From positions 1 through 64,000 of the forward strand of contig CDMY01000304.1 of assembly GCA_001179505.1 (NCBI GenBank): DNA of 64,000 nucleotides, given 5' to 3'. Origin of the DNA: Vitrella brassicaformis CCMP3155. Its lineage: Eukaryota > Protista > Chromerida. Within the stretch, counting starts at the first letter, position 1, and the number at the start of each line of letters is the position of its first letter. The notes below the pieces were generated by a model. The model was not told where the DNA came from, did not search any database, and saw only the letters and a list, made by a program, of their open reading frames with translations. Position numbers and translations under genes: made by a program. Positions 37,312 to 48,202 of the stretch are shown here, piece after piece.

Positions 37312-39094
37312 GCCAACGAGAGGACGCATCTCATCGGATTGATGCATGGATGGACGAGTGTGTGCAGGTGTGGGTCAGGTGGAGCTGTCGCAGAAGGTGC
37401 TTCAGAAGCTGCGCGAGCAGAAGGGCAGGTCGAGAATGGCCGTCGACGGACAGTAAGGAGAGACGCACACAGACACGTAGACACACATACATGCCGCGCC
37501 GACGCATATATCCCAGCCATGTGCTTTGTGCCTGCCTGCATCAGGTTGCGTCTTCTCGGCACCGAGAATGTGTATTGCCTGGGCGACTGCGCCGAGATCG
37601 TCCCCAAATCGATCGCCGAGGCCGCCCCTGACCTCTGGAAATGCATGGCGTACAGACAGACAGACAGACAGACGCAACACAGACAAACAAACACACAAAC
37701 ATGCAGATGGGATGGATGCTCTCCTGACTTGCCTGTTGGTGTGCGTGTGTGTGCCTCAGGCCGCATCACGGTTTCTTCCTGCCGTGGGACGATCGTCACA
37801 AGATCGTCACACAGAAGACGCAGACCTTCGCCATGGCCGTCCAGTGGCTGATCTCCAACCAGGCCCAGCTCGCAGCCGACTTCCCACAGGTGAGAAACGG
37901 CCGACAGACAGGACGATTAGTCGCCTGTGTCTGTCTGTGTGTGTGAGCACGTGTGTGTGATGTAGATGTCTCCGACCAAGTATGACTTCCGGGAGGCCAT
38001 CGAGAGGAAATGGGACAAGAAACAATTCGACTACCAACAACTCAAAAATTTCCTGGGTGAACAGCCAGCCAGCCAGCCAGCCAGCCAGGCCACCCACGCC
38101 CACAACCACGCACTGATGCCAGTGCATTTTGTGTGTGCCAGCTTCGATTGACGAGAACTACCGGTCGCCAGCACCGACGGCCCAGAATGCGGCTCAGCAG
38201 GGGACGTACCTGGCCGACACCTTCACCAAATTCAGGACCAAGTCAGTCAGGAGCTGACGAACAACCACCCAATCGGTGTGGGCACTGACGTGGTTGTTGG
38301 CGTGTGTTGGTTGGCAGGGCGTCTAAGTTCGAGGCGCCCGTGTTCATTGAGAAGTGGAAGGGCACTCTGGCGTACGTCGGCGACTCGCAGGTGGGGAAGA
38401 ATCACACACGATGCGCTCGTTCGACTCCACAGACATGACATCTGTCTCCACACAGGCCGTCGCTGATTTGCCGCCCGACCTGAGTGCGCTGACGTACCTG
38501 ATGCCTGGCGGCACCATCCTCAAAGTCGAGAACGACGTGCAGCCGCCGCCAAACCCCAGCAACAGCAACGACACGGAAAAAATCGAAGAAAACAAGACGG
38601 AAAACGCTGTACAGGTCAGAGGACACGAACACACCTGAAGGGGCGTGGATCAGTCCTGTGTATGCACCTCCCTCTATCTCTCCCTCTCTGCGTGCGTGTG
38701 TGTGTGTGTGTGTGTGTAGGATGCTTCGGCTGGCGAGGAGGAGGATGACCTGCGGGTGATGCCGTCGGGCGCCAAGAAGGACGACAAGTTCATCTGCATA
38801 CTCGGGGGCAACTTCAGGTATGCTCTACTTCACTGCCAACGCGCATTCCCGGAACGTCCTGCCCGAATGGCCCTCTCTCTGTGTGTCCACAGTTCGCTGT
38901 TCTGGCGTGCGGTGTATTTGCAAGAGCAGATGACCTGGCGGAACCGCATCATCACCACGTTCGACTGGTACGTCGACACGGCCAGCCACACATGTGTCAC
39001 TCACTCACTGCCTCCGTGGTCGGGCGGTGCCCACAGGCTGAAGAGTCATTACCTTGGCCGTGACGTTGGGAGGGACCACATCCACTACAGCTAG
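34926..39094 (+). CDS. NDH2: Mitochondrial type II (alternative) NADH:quinone oxidoreductase, apicomplexan NDH2-like, many exons
   Basis: Arg-rich presequence [14 protein letters not shown]...; [11 protein letters not shown]; [20 protein letters not shown]; [10 protein letters not shown]; [12 protein letters not shown]; [11 protein letters not shown]; VTLIE; GDCA; [10 protein letters not shown]; LFWRAVYL...[11 protein letters not shown]...LGRD. Confidence 0.95.
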
Positions 39095-39484
39095 CTAGGG
39101 ACGGATGGCGGGCCGGCAGTGTGAGTGTCTTGGTCTGAAGGTGTGGTGTGAGGGACTGAGGTGCCACCACCTCAGGAAGGCAATTCTCATTTGTGACAGT
39201 TTTGCTAGTAGTGAGTGGAAGTCCGATGAGTATGAGGGGGCTGGCCCGGTGTGTGTCGGGGGGACATACATATTGCAGTCATTGATGGATGGATTGACTG
39301 ACGTGCTCATGCACTCAATAGGTCACGTCCAACGAGCATGCAATGCATTCACACGTGGACATGCAGACAGAGAGCTGTACACGAGTACATCGAGAATGAG
39401 CCAGACAGACAGAGAAGTACCCATACCGCCCACCCCACCACCCCTTCTATCTACCAGGTCCCTCTCTGTCGGCCGCACAGCTCG

Positions 39485-41566
39485 TCACGGCTCGTCGGGC
39501 CAGTTGGGCGGGCTCACGCTGATGCCGGGGAACCCCTCCCACCTCATGTGATAGGCCTGCTCGCGCTGGCCGTCTTCATCAAAATGCTGCTCGATGATGT
39601 GCGAAGTGCCGCCTGTGGTCAGCACCCGGCCCCTCGTGCCGGTCTCGTAGAAGGCCACCAGCAGGTCCAACACGCGCTCGTACCACTGAGCATCAGTCAT
39701 GTCGTCAGGAATCTCACCTGGCGCGCACACACACAAACACAAACACAAATGCAAGCACATACAGAAACACACACACAGACACATAAAGTCAAGCGCTACG
39801 ATCCTTTCTTCCTTTCCTCACCTGTTGCAAACACCGTCAGATCATTGGGGTGATGGTCCGCAAACAACTGCGAGGCTTCACGCCACCTGGTGGCCACCTC
39901 AGCGTCGGCAAAGGCGGCAGGGTCGAGGGAAACGTCCATGTTGAAGCCGATGTCGCCGCCAACCTGGTGGAGTTTCGCCAGAAACCGCGCCGCCATGTCG
40001 AGCGACCCAGTGTGATCGGCGTCATCACTACGTGGATCGTTGTCCACCGTATTCTCACCCGCCGCGGCCCCTGCTACCGTCACCTCCAGCCACTGCTCCT
40101 GCATGCCGGCGACGATCTTGGCCATCTGCTCCATGTCCTCCTCGGACACCTCCTCCGCCTGCAGCTTGAACACCACAGGGTCCTGCTGGGTCTCGGGGTC
40201 TCGCTCGCCGAACATGTCGCTGCTGATGCCCGCCAGATGTGTCCCGCGGCCTCCTCGGTACACGATGGTGTCGGCAGCCTTGGCATGGGCCGCCACGAGC
40301 TTCTTGACACAGCTGGTCTCCGCCTGGGCCCATGCAATGATGTCAGTGGCGACCGAGTCATCTCTCTCCATCTTGAAGGCTCGCGTCGTCGGGTCGGCGA
40401 CCTCGGGCTCACACAACGGGTCCATCACTGCACCACTGCAGAAAGACGGAAGGGACACAGACACGTCGCTGTTGACACGTTGTCTGTGCGTGCATCGCGT
40501 CCTGGTGGCTTGCTGCTTACTGCAGGTAGGCGAGGCTGCACAGCCGTCGCTTGTCAGCATCGGCCCCTCCCACGTAGCCGAGGAAGATGGGCATCTTGGT
40601 GAATGTCTTGTTGCACCCACGCCGAACCAGCTCCTGCCGCAGGGCGCTGATGTCCGCCGCATCCGTCCCTCTCGGCACGTACAGACACCCGACCGTCCGC
40701 AGCTGCTCCAGTCGCTGGGGCAGCAACTAGAGCAGTCCAGTGGGGGTCAAGTGTCGCAGCTCCCCCGGCAGCCCACGCTGCTTGCGACTGATGAAGTCCA
40801 CCTCCTGAAGCGCATTGCTTCCGCTCACCCATGCAGGTGCGGCATCCACGTCAGCCGCCCTCGCCTCTTCCTCTTCTCGAGTGATGTAGATGGGGTTGTG
40901 GTGGACCGTCCCGTCCAGATCGAACGAGATCGAGGCGATGCCGGGAGTCCGCCACTCGCGGCCCACCCGCACTGGCGTGCACTGCGATGGCAGGTTGTTG
41001 ACGGCCGAGAGGGCCGGAAGGACCACCGGCCGCCCGGAGGGAGGGAGAGGGGTCGATGAAGTGTGGCTGAAGCTGGCGCGGAGGGACGCATTCGGCTGGG
41101 GGTACTCGATCCGTGTGAATGTCAGCTTGAGCAGGGTGCCCTCCACTCGCAGCTGGTCCTCTGACGATGCCGCACCACTGCTGCCGCCTCCCTCCGGTCG
41201 TCTCGCCTCCTCCATCTTCCGTGCGATTCCCGCCCGGGCGGCACCGTGGCCTTCAAGCAAAGCCACCCAGGTTCCCATGCACCAGGTCGGGTGGAAGCTG
41301 GGGTAGTGGACCTCCAACTCCCGCAGGTGGTTGGCTCGCTCGCCCCACTTGTGGGCGACACGGAGAGGCATCCGCTGCCACAGTCGACGGGTCGCCCGGG
41401 TCGAGCAGGTGACGCTCAGATGCGTGTACTGCGATGCCGACTGCTGGAAGAGTGGGGTGCCGATGGAGCGGCGCAGACGAGTGAGGCCCCGGGGATGGAA
41501 GTGACCGTGGACGTTTGCCACCGCATCACGCGAAATACAATGGCGAGCCTGACAAACCACAGACAA
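39485..41566 (-). pseudogene. Lineage-specific expanded-family gene (F-box-like start, LRR-like body) with an in-frame stop
   Basis: Long coding-like exons (QYTHLSVTC...LWQRMPLRVAHKWGERANHLRELEV...; LPQRLEQLRTVG...; ...WREASQLF...). TAG at 40727-40729 interrupts TPTGLL*LLPQRL. The first exon was not found. Confidence 0.55.
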
Positions 41567-43179
41567 CGCACACAGGTGTCATGCTTGTCATGCGTGGTAT
41601 CGTGCTTTCCTCTGCTTACTGGTATGTGGTTTATCGGTGGCGGCTGTCCTGATCGATGCACCAAGCGAAACGAAGGCACTCGAGTCCCGTCAGCCTCTCG
41701 GTCAGCCTGAGAGATGCAGCAAACAAGCGTCACATGACAATGGCGGCGACGGCTTCCTTTCTCTGCCGTATCCTCTCACCATGGGCGGAGGTTGTCTTAT
41801 GCAGTCGTGTTAGATGGATGCGGCAGACGTGTCAGCGCCAAGGCGGACGCCCGGCAGACGTGCACACAAGCGCCTCCACGGAATCCGATGGGGAACATCA
41901 AACGATGGAATCATGGCAAAGGAGGCTCGTAGGCATGAGGAAGTCGATGAATGAGGATGCTTTCTTGCCGCCGAAGAGGCGAGCTTCTTTGGCGAGAATT
42001 CGCTTGCTGGCCGAGACGGTCAATTTTTTCCAATGATGTTTCGGCCATTTGGCGGATTTTGTCGCCATCCCAGCGGTTTCGGCGCCCTGTTGGCTGTCAG
42101 CGGCCTCTGTGCCACTTCTGAGCTGTCCTCCTTCGACACCGACAGCTTTCGCATGCCGGGTACCTCTTCCTGCTCGGCCCTCGACTCGCACTGCCCTCCC
42201 TCTATCTCCGCTTCGAGGGCCGCCTCCCACGTCTACGCCCTCCCCCCCTCAACCATTTTGGTCGCAGGGTCACCTGGGTTGCCAATAGTTGCCAACAGCA
42301 TGTTCACTTACAATTCACTTACGACACCGCCGTGTCAGAACTGCCGAGGGAGAAGGTGCTTTTCGTCTTCGACCGGGTAAGTAAGCAATTGAAAGGCGTT
42401 TTCGTGCATGTGTGGGTATCTTCTTGTGGCGGGGTTGCAGGATTGTACCCTCTTTCCCACCGAGCATATGAGTAAGCTGAGCCACTCGCTACAGGGCTGC
42501 CATTGCTGATGGTGGCCGCCAGGCAAGTCATCGAAGACTGCCTGCAGCTTGAGGGCGAGGTCATCACCATCACAAACGCCAAGATGAGCTGTCGACAATG
42601 CAAAGATTGGAAAGATGACAGGTAATGTGACTGTCTCGAGTACGCTTGTCTCTGGTGCCGGAGTTCGGGAGCTTCCTGCGGGACAACAAAATCCCCATCT
42701 ACACGGCGAGGCAGAGAGCGGAGCGTCGCGAGGTTGATATTCAAGCGGAGGAGTTCTCCAAGGTACACACACATATGAGGGAGATAGAAACATTCCCCCA
42801 GCAGCGTCTTGGTCTCTCGCCCCTTAGACCCTGACCCTCTTAGAAGAGCTTGACCGCCGTCTAGGTGGCTCACCTCATCAACCACCGCTTCCCGTCGGGC
42901 ATTGAGGAGGGAGTGGTGCGAGTCAGGATGATCCACGCCAAGCCCGTCGAGATCGTGCGCAAGTAGCTCACGGCGGCCGGGGGCATCTTCCCCACCTTGT
43001 TCAAGAGCGAAAGTGCTGGAGACATCAGCTAGAAGCCCGACGACCCGGTGTTTCGTCCGCTGCTGGCCAAGTCCATCGACAAGGACATGCCCAAGATCAT
43101 GCGTGCGCTGAAGATGCAGAACTAAGCCTATCCGCTCCTCTGGCTGGCCGAGCTCAAGACGACGGACTCCAACGATATG

Positions 43180-43524
43180 TATTTCCTCGACAGCCTCAAC
43201 TGCAGCTGTGTGGATATGAGACAGCAGCTGCACCCACCTCGCAAGGTTGGCCGTATGGAAGGGTTGGCTGTATGTCTGTCAGTGCAGTGAGGGCTCATCC
43301 TGGGTAGGCTTCGCTCAACTTGTGTGCGCGTGTGTGTGTACGCAGATGGAAGCCAAGCACCTGGTGGTGAAGACCCGCCATCTGGCCTGTGCCCTTCCGG
43401 ACGCGTATGCTCACTCCGACTTCCCCTCTTTCAAGGAGCACTTCTGCGAATTGATCGCCGAGGGTCCAAGAGTGCTCAAGGTGGGTGGGTGGGTGAACGG
43501 CAATCGATAGCGAGGGTCGGGTCG
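43180..43524 (+). repeat. 345-bp direct repeat, copy 1
   Basis: Four mismatches counted against 44227-44571; spans exon-intron-exon-intron sequence. Confidence 0.95.
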
Positions 43525-44226
43525 CATGTACACGCATACATATTGATTCGCTCGCTGGTTGGTTGGCTGGCTGGCTGGCTGTGCCATCCAGACACCGATC
43601 AAACCGCTGATGTCTCTCTCTGTGTTGTGTCTCGTGTTTGGTGTCTTGTTATGTCAGTCTAGCGAAGCCATTTGGATCTGCAAGTTGAAGGAGGGGCACA
43701 CAGGCCCGGTGAGGGGAAGCGCGAGGCTGGAGCTGCAGAGGGTGGGGGACGAGCACGAGGAAGAGCGGACGGTTGATGACTTCATGACATCCTGCAATGA
43801 GTATCTTGTCGGTGAGGACGGCCACCTCATCGACCACCGCTCCCCGTCGGGCATTGAGGAGGGAGTGGTGCGAGTTGAGTCCTCCTCGGCCTTCTCCTCG
43901 GTCACGGTCTCCTCGCCACCTCCTTGGTGCCATCGGTAGCGGCCGCACCCTCACCCTCACCCTCAGCAATCTTGCCCTCGCCGCTAGAACCATCCTCCTT
44001 GGACTCGCCAGCGCCCCCGTTCACGACCTCTTCAGGCGCAGCCGGTGGGCTGGCAGCAGGTCAGGATGATCAACGACAAGCCCGTCGAGTCGATCGTGCG
44101 CAAGAGGTCCAAGGCCTTGGGCATCTTCCCCACCTTGTTCAAGAGCGGGATCGCTGGAGACATCAGCTACAAGCCCGACGACGCCCTGTTGCGCCCGCTG
44201 ATGACCAAGTTCATCGACACGACGTC

Positions 44227-44571
44227 TATTTCCTCGACAGCCTCAACTGCAGCTGTGTGGATATGAGACAGCAGCTGCACCCACCTCGCAAGGTTGGCTG
44301 TATGGAAGGGTTGGCTGTATGTCTGTCAGTGCAGTGAGGGCTCATCCTGGCTAGGCTTCGCTCAACTTGTGTGCGCGCGTGTGTGTACGCAGATGGAAGC
44401 CAAGCACCTGGTGGTGAAGACCCGCCATCTGGCCTGTGCCCTTCCGGACGCGTATGCTTACTCCGACTTCCCCTCTTTCAAGGAGCACTTCTGCGAATTG
44501 ATCGCCGAGGGTCCAAGAGTGCTCAAGGTGGGTGGGTGGGTGAACGGCAATCGATAGCGAGGGTCGGGTCG
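44227..44571 (+). repeat. 345-bp direct repeat, copy 2
   Basis: Near-identical to 43180-43524; ends abruptly before the PPR-coding sequence. Confidence 0.95.
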
Positions 44572-46162
44572 GCCAGCAACCTTCCCCCGCATACGGCCGC
44601 CTTGTCGACGCCATTCAACACAATGACCTAACAGGGGCCTACAGGATCTTGCAGGACCTTATGAAGCACTCGTTCCTGGAGCAGCCGCTCGTCGCCAGTG
44701 CGCAGGCGAGTCGACCAGAGGGCGGACACGAGAAGGGCGAGGTCTATGCCACGCTGGTGATAGCGCTGGCAAAAGGCGCTCAGGTGGGACAGAGAGACGC
44801 ATGGAATGCATGCACTTCATGGATGCCGCTCTGTGTGGTGCAATGCGATGTTGCATCACTGTGCAGGTCGATCTCGCGATGGAGGTTTACGAGGTGGTGA
44901 AGCGGGAGGGGTTTCAATTCAGCACCGTCACATTCAACACGCTCCTCGACGCATGCACACGGTACGTGCAAAGCAACGACCAGTGCACACCACACCACTC
45001 CCGCTGCCTCTGTGCTGTTTGTTGGTCGTGGTATGTGCGCAGTAACCAAGACGCCCGTCGCTTCAGCACAGTGGTGCAGGTGAGAGTGACACACAAAGAG
45101 ACACAGCACATAGGTGCATGCGTTTCCTCTCATGTAGGCCATGGTCGCGGCGAAGGTGCAGCCAGACCAGACGACCTATCACCTCCTCATCCAGGCCTAC
45201 TCAGAAACAGGCAAACTCGAGGGGCAGGTACCACACTTTGTGGATGGCCACTCACACACGGGACGGCACGCCACACACACACAGACGTGCTCTTGTCATA
45301 TGGCAACCTGTGTGCAGAGCGTTAGGGCTGTTGAACGGCATGAAGGCCATCGTGCGAGCTGGGCAGCTGCCGGCGCAGGGCATTTCTCCACCACAACGCA
45401 CCTTCAGCATACTGGTATGTATCTGATGCACCAACACATTGACCTGGGGATTATCCATCGCGTGTGCGCGTGTGTGTCGTGTGTGAGTGGCTATGTCAGA
45501 CCTGGTCACCTTCTGCAAGAGTTTTCTAGAGATTGGTGCGAGGAGGACATTGGGATTGCTGCATTAAGAGCGACAGAGAGTGGTGCGCGATGTTATTGCT
45601 GCTTACATTTTATATTTGTCGGGCCCTTTCAGCATGCTGTCGGAGGTAGCCGGTGCCGGACACACGAAGAGGGAAAGCGCCCCCTTAAGCTAACGTCACC
45701 ACACACGTGTGTGTGTATTATGTGTGTGCGCAGGGTGGCATCTGTGCAGAAGGCTAAGATGGACAGCATCAAGAAGCACTAACACGACCACAATTCTAAG
45801 AATCAGCGTGCACACCACACGCAGACACACGTGCACACTGTATGTGAGTCTCAGGCATAGAGAACCCAAGAATTCAGCTGGCCAACTTCACTCAGGGCCC
45901 TACAGCAATGACGCCCCACCAAGCAGCTGGCCATGGTGTGAACGTGTGCGAGGCGCACATGGGCCCTCCCTCCCTCCCTCCCTCCCTGTGTGGATGTGTG
46001 GCTCTCTCTGTGTGGGTGTGGATTCGGTGGCTGTCTTCTGCTGGCTGTCTTCTACAGGCATCGTTTCCAGGATCAGACAGACAAACGAATACCAGATGTA
46101 TTGAGGAATTGCACCGTGCTTCTATTTGCATTTGTGTGCGGTACAGGGTACACACGCTCGTG

Positions 46163-47400
46163 ACGACCCCCTGTTCCGCCCGCTGATGACGAAGTTCATC
46201 GACAACGACATGCCGCAGATCATGCGTGCCCAAGGCCGTGGGCATCTTCTCCACCTTGTTCAAGAGCGAAAGTGCTGGAGACATCAGCTACAAGCTCGAC
46301 GACCCCCTGTTCCGCCCGCTGATAACCAACTTCATCGACAACGACATGCCCAAGATCATGCGTGCGCTGAACATGCAGAACGAACCCTATCCGCTCCTCT
46401 GGAGTGCCGACCTCAAGACGACGGAATCCAACGAGGACTATTTCCTCGACAGCCTCAACTGCAGCTGTATGGATATCCGCCAGCGGCTGCACCTCGCCGA
46501 ACACGTAGCTGAGGGAGCCATCGAAATCATACAAGAGGCCAGGGCTGCTAGCACGCCATCCGCTCCTGCCAAGGCGCCCCCTGCGCCGTCCTCTGAGGCG
46601 TCTGTGGCCCCCATTCCCTCAGCCGAATCACAGCCCTCGCCGGGTGCCGCCCGTCGGCCTCCCTTTCAGGCGATCGTTGCCCACATTTTATATCATGAAG
46701 TCTCTTTTTCTGTGATCGAGATGCGCGAGGCCACCAAGGTGCGGCCGACGTCGCCCGGCATGCAGGAGACCTCGAATGGCCTCCACGCGGCCCACCGGAT
46801 CTTCCAGCAGATGGCAAGCGAGAGATTCCAGCAGGAGGGCGGCCAGATGGCCAATTCCATACCATATGCCAAACTCATCACAGCGTTCGCCGACAACCGC
46901 ATGGTGAGTGCCAGGCATTTGGGCGGGATGGGCGGACGTATGCGTGGGTGTTGTTGGCATCGTTGTGCAGGTTGACCGTGCGATGGAGGTATACGAGTGG
47001 GTGAAGAAGGAGGTGTTGACCGCTCCAGGCATGCTCATGGTGAACATCCAACACATACGACACAGAACCACACACTCACACACACACACACGTGACATCG
47101 AGCGCCTGCGTGCTACCAGACGGGCCTAGGGTCGGGCGGGTGCTTGCAACAAACAGGTCGAATGGCGATCTGTGTGCTGTTTGCAGGCGTTCAAGTTGAT
47201 GAAGACCCATGGCGTGACTCCCCCTGCAGTCGCCTTCGCACAGGTAACACACACACACACACACAGACAGAGACCACCTCTACAAACCAGCATACGCACC
47301 CTTCTCAGTGTGGTCAGTTGGACGTGTGTGTCGAGCTGCTGGACGAGATGCAGTGTGTCGGCCACCGCCCCACGGCGGTGCCGTGCGGCGATGTAAGGAG
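46163..47400 (+). pseudogene. 5'-truncated ATP-grasp(C-half)-PPR fusion (unit B)
   Basis: Open frame 46226-46902 links DMPKIMRALNMQNEPYPLLWSADLK..DYFLDSLNCSC..LHLAEHVAEG to IPYAKLITAFADNRM|VDRAMEVYEWVK; later AFKLMKTHGVTP and GQLDVCVELLDEMQCVGHRP. 46163-46228 duplicates 46298-46367. Confidence 0.65.
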
Positions 47401-47586
47401 GACATTGGGAGTGCTGCGGCTACGTTATCGCTGGTTACATTTTGTATTCGCCGGTGCCGTCTTGCATGTCGTTATGTCATTGACTGCAATTGAGATGAGG
47501 TCCCCCCACACCACCCAGCGCCCCAGCCCTCTACCAGTGTGAGTGCGTGTACACGCGTGTGCCGACCGACGGGGGGGGGGGGGGGG

Positions 47587-47886
47587 NNNNNNNNNNNNNN
47601 NNNNNNNNNNNNNNNNNNNNNNNNNNNNNNNNNNNNNNNNNNNNNNNNNNNNNNNNNNNNNNNNNNNNNNNNNNNNNNNNNNNNNNNNNNNNNNNNNNNN
47701 NNNNNNNNNNNNNNNNNNNNNNNNNNNNNNNNNNNNNNNNNNNNNNNNNNNNNNNNNNNNNNNNNNNNNNNNNNNNNNNNNNNNNNNNNNNNNNNNNNNN
47801 NNNNNNNNNNNNNNNNNNNNNNNNNNNNNNNNNNNNNNNNNNNNNNNNNNNNNNNNNNNNNNNNNNNNNNNNNNNNNNNNNNNNNN
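47587..47886. other. Assembly gap (300 N) flanked by poly-G runs
   Basis: G16 before the gap (47571-47586) and G19 after it (47887-47905). Confidence 0.99.
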
Positions 47887-48063
47887 GGGGGGGGGGGGGG
47901 GGGGGTCTGTATGGAGGGCGGGAGGGACGACAGACCCGCTGCTGCAAACCCTACAGAACAATACAGAACATGACTAATCAGGGCCTAGTCACTGCGTCAG
48001 CAGCCTCTCCACCCGCCCGCAATGGGAAAAACCCTCAGGGCACCGATCGGGGAAATGCATTTG

Positions 48064-48083
48064 AGCTCGCAGATCTGCGAGCT
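48064..48083. promoter_or_regulatory. Perfect 20-bp palindrome AGCTCGCAGATCTGCGAGCT (two inverted TGCGAGCT half-sites)
   Basis: Read directly from the sequence; ~120 bp upstream of ATG 48203. Confidence 0.55.
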
Positions 48084-48202
48084 TGCCCTGTGCTCCACGG
48101 AAAGGCCTGAAGAGAGGTGCTTCGTCAAGAAATGGCCCAGATGTAGCGATTGGTAGAGGTTTTGACGTAGATCTGTCGATCTGTCGTATCGTCGTCATCA
48201 AC

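Larger units (their letters stand above)
42865..45410 (+). pseudogene. Rearranged Cj0069/DUF6815-like ATP-grasp repeats joined to PPR repeats (unit A)
   Basis: HRFPSGIEEGVVRVRMI, PLLWLAELK..YFLDSLNCSC, EAKHLVVK..PDAYAHSDFPSFKEHF..GPRVLK and AIWICKL..VDDFMTSCNEYLVGEDGHLID; stops at 42964, 43030 and 43123. PPR motifs VYATLVIALAKGAQVDLAMEVYEVVKREG, STVTFNTLLDAC, PDQTTYHLLIQAYSETG. Confidence 0.65.

Noticed and set aside
41898-42230. Minus-strand ORF MATKSAKWPKHHWKK... as a gene or transposon fragment
   Set aside because: No recognisable motif and no consistent splice link to 41566; left unannotated.
42330-42780. Exon-like fragments upstream of the ATP-grasp cluster (SELPREKVLFVFDR; LLMVAARQVIEDCLQLEG; FLRDNKIPIY)
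   Set aside because: Contain stops and match no domain I recall; possibly a decayed N-terminus, but not supportable.
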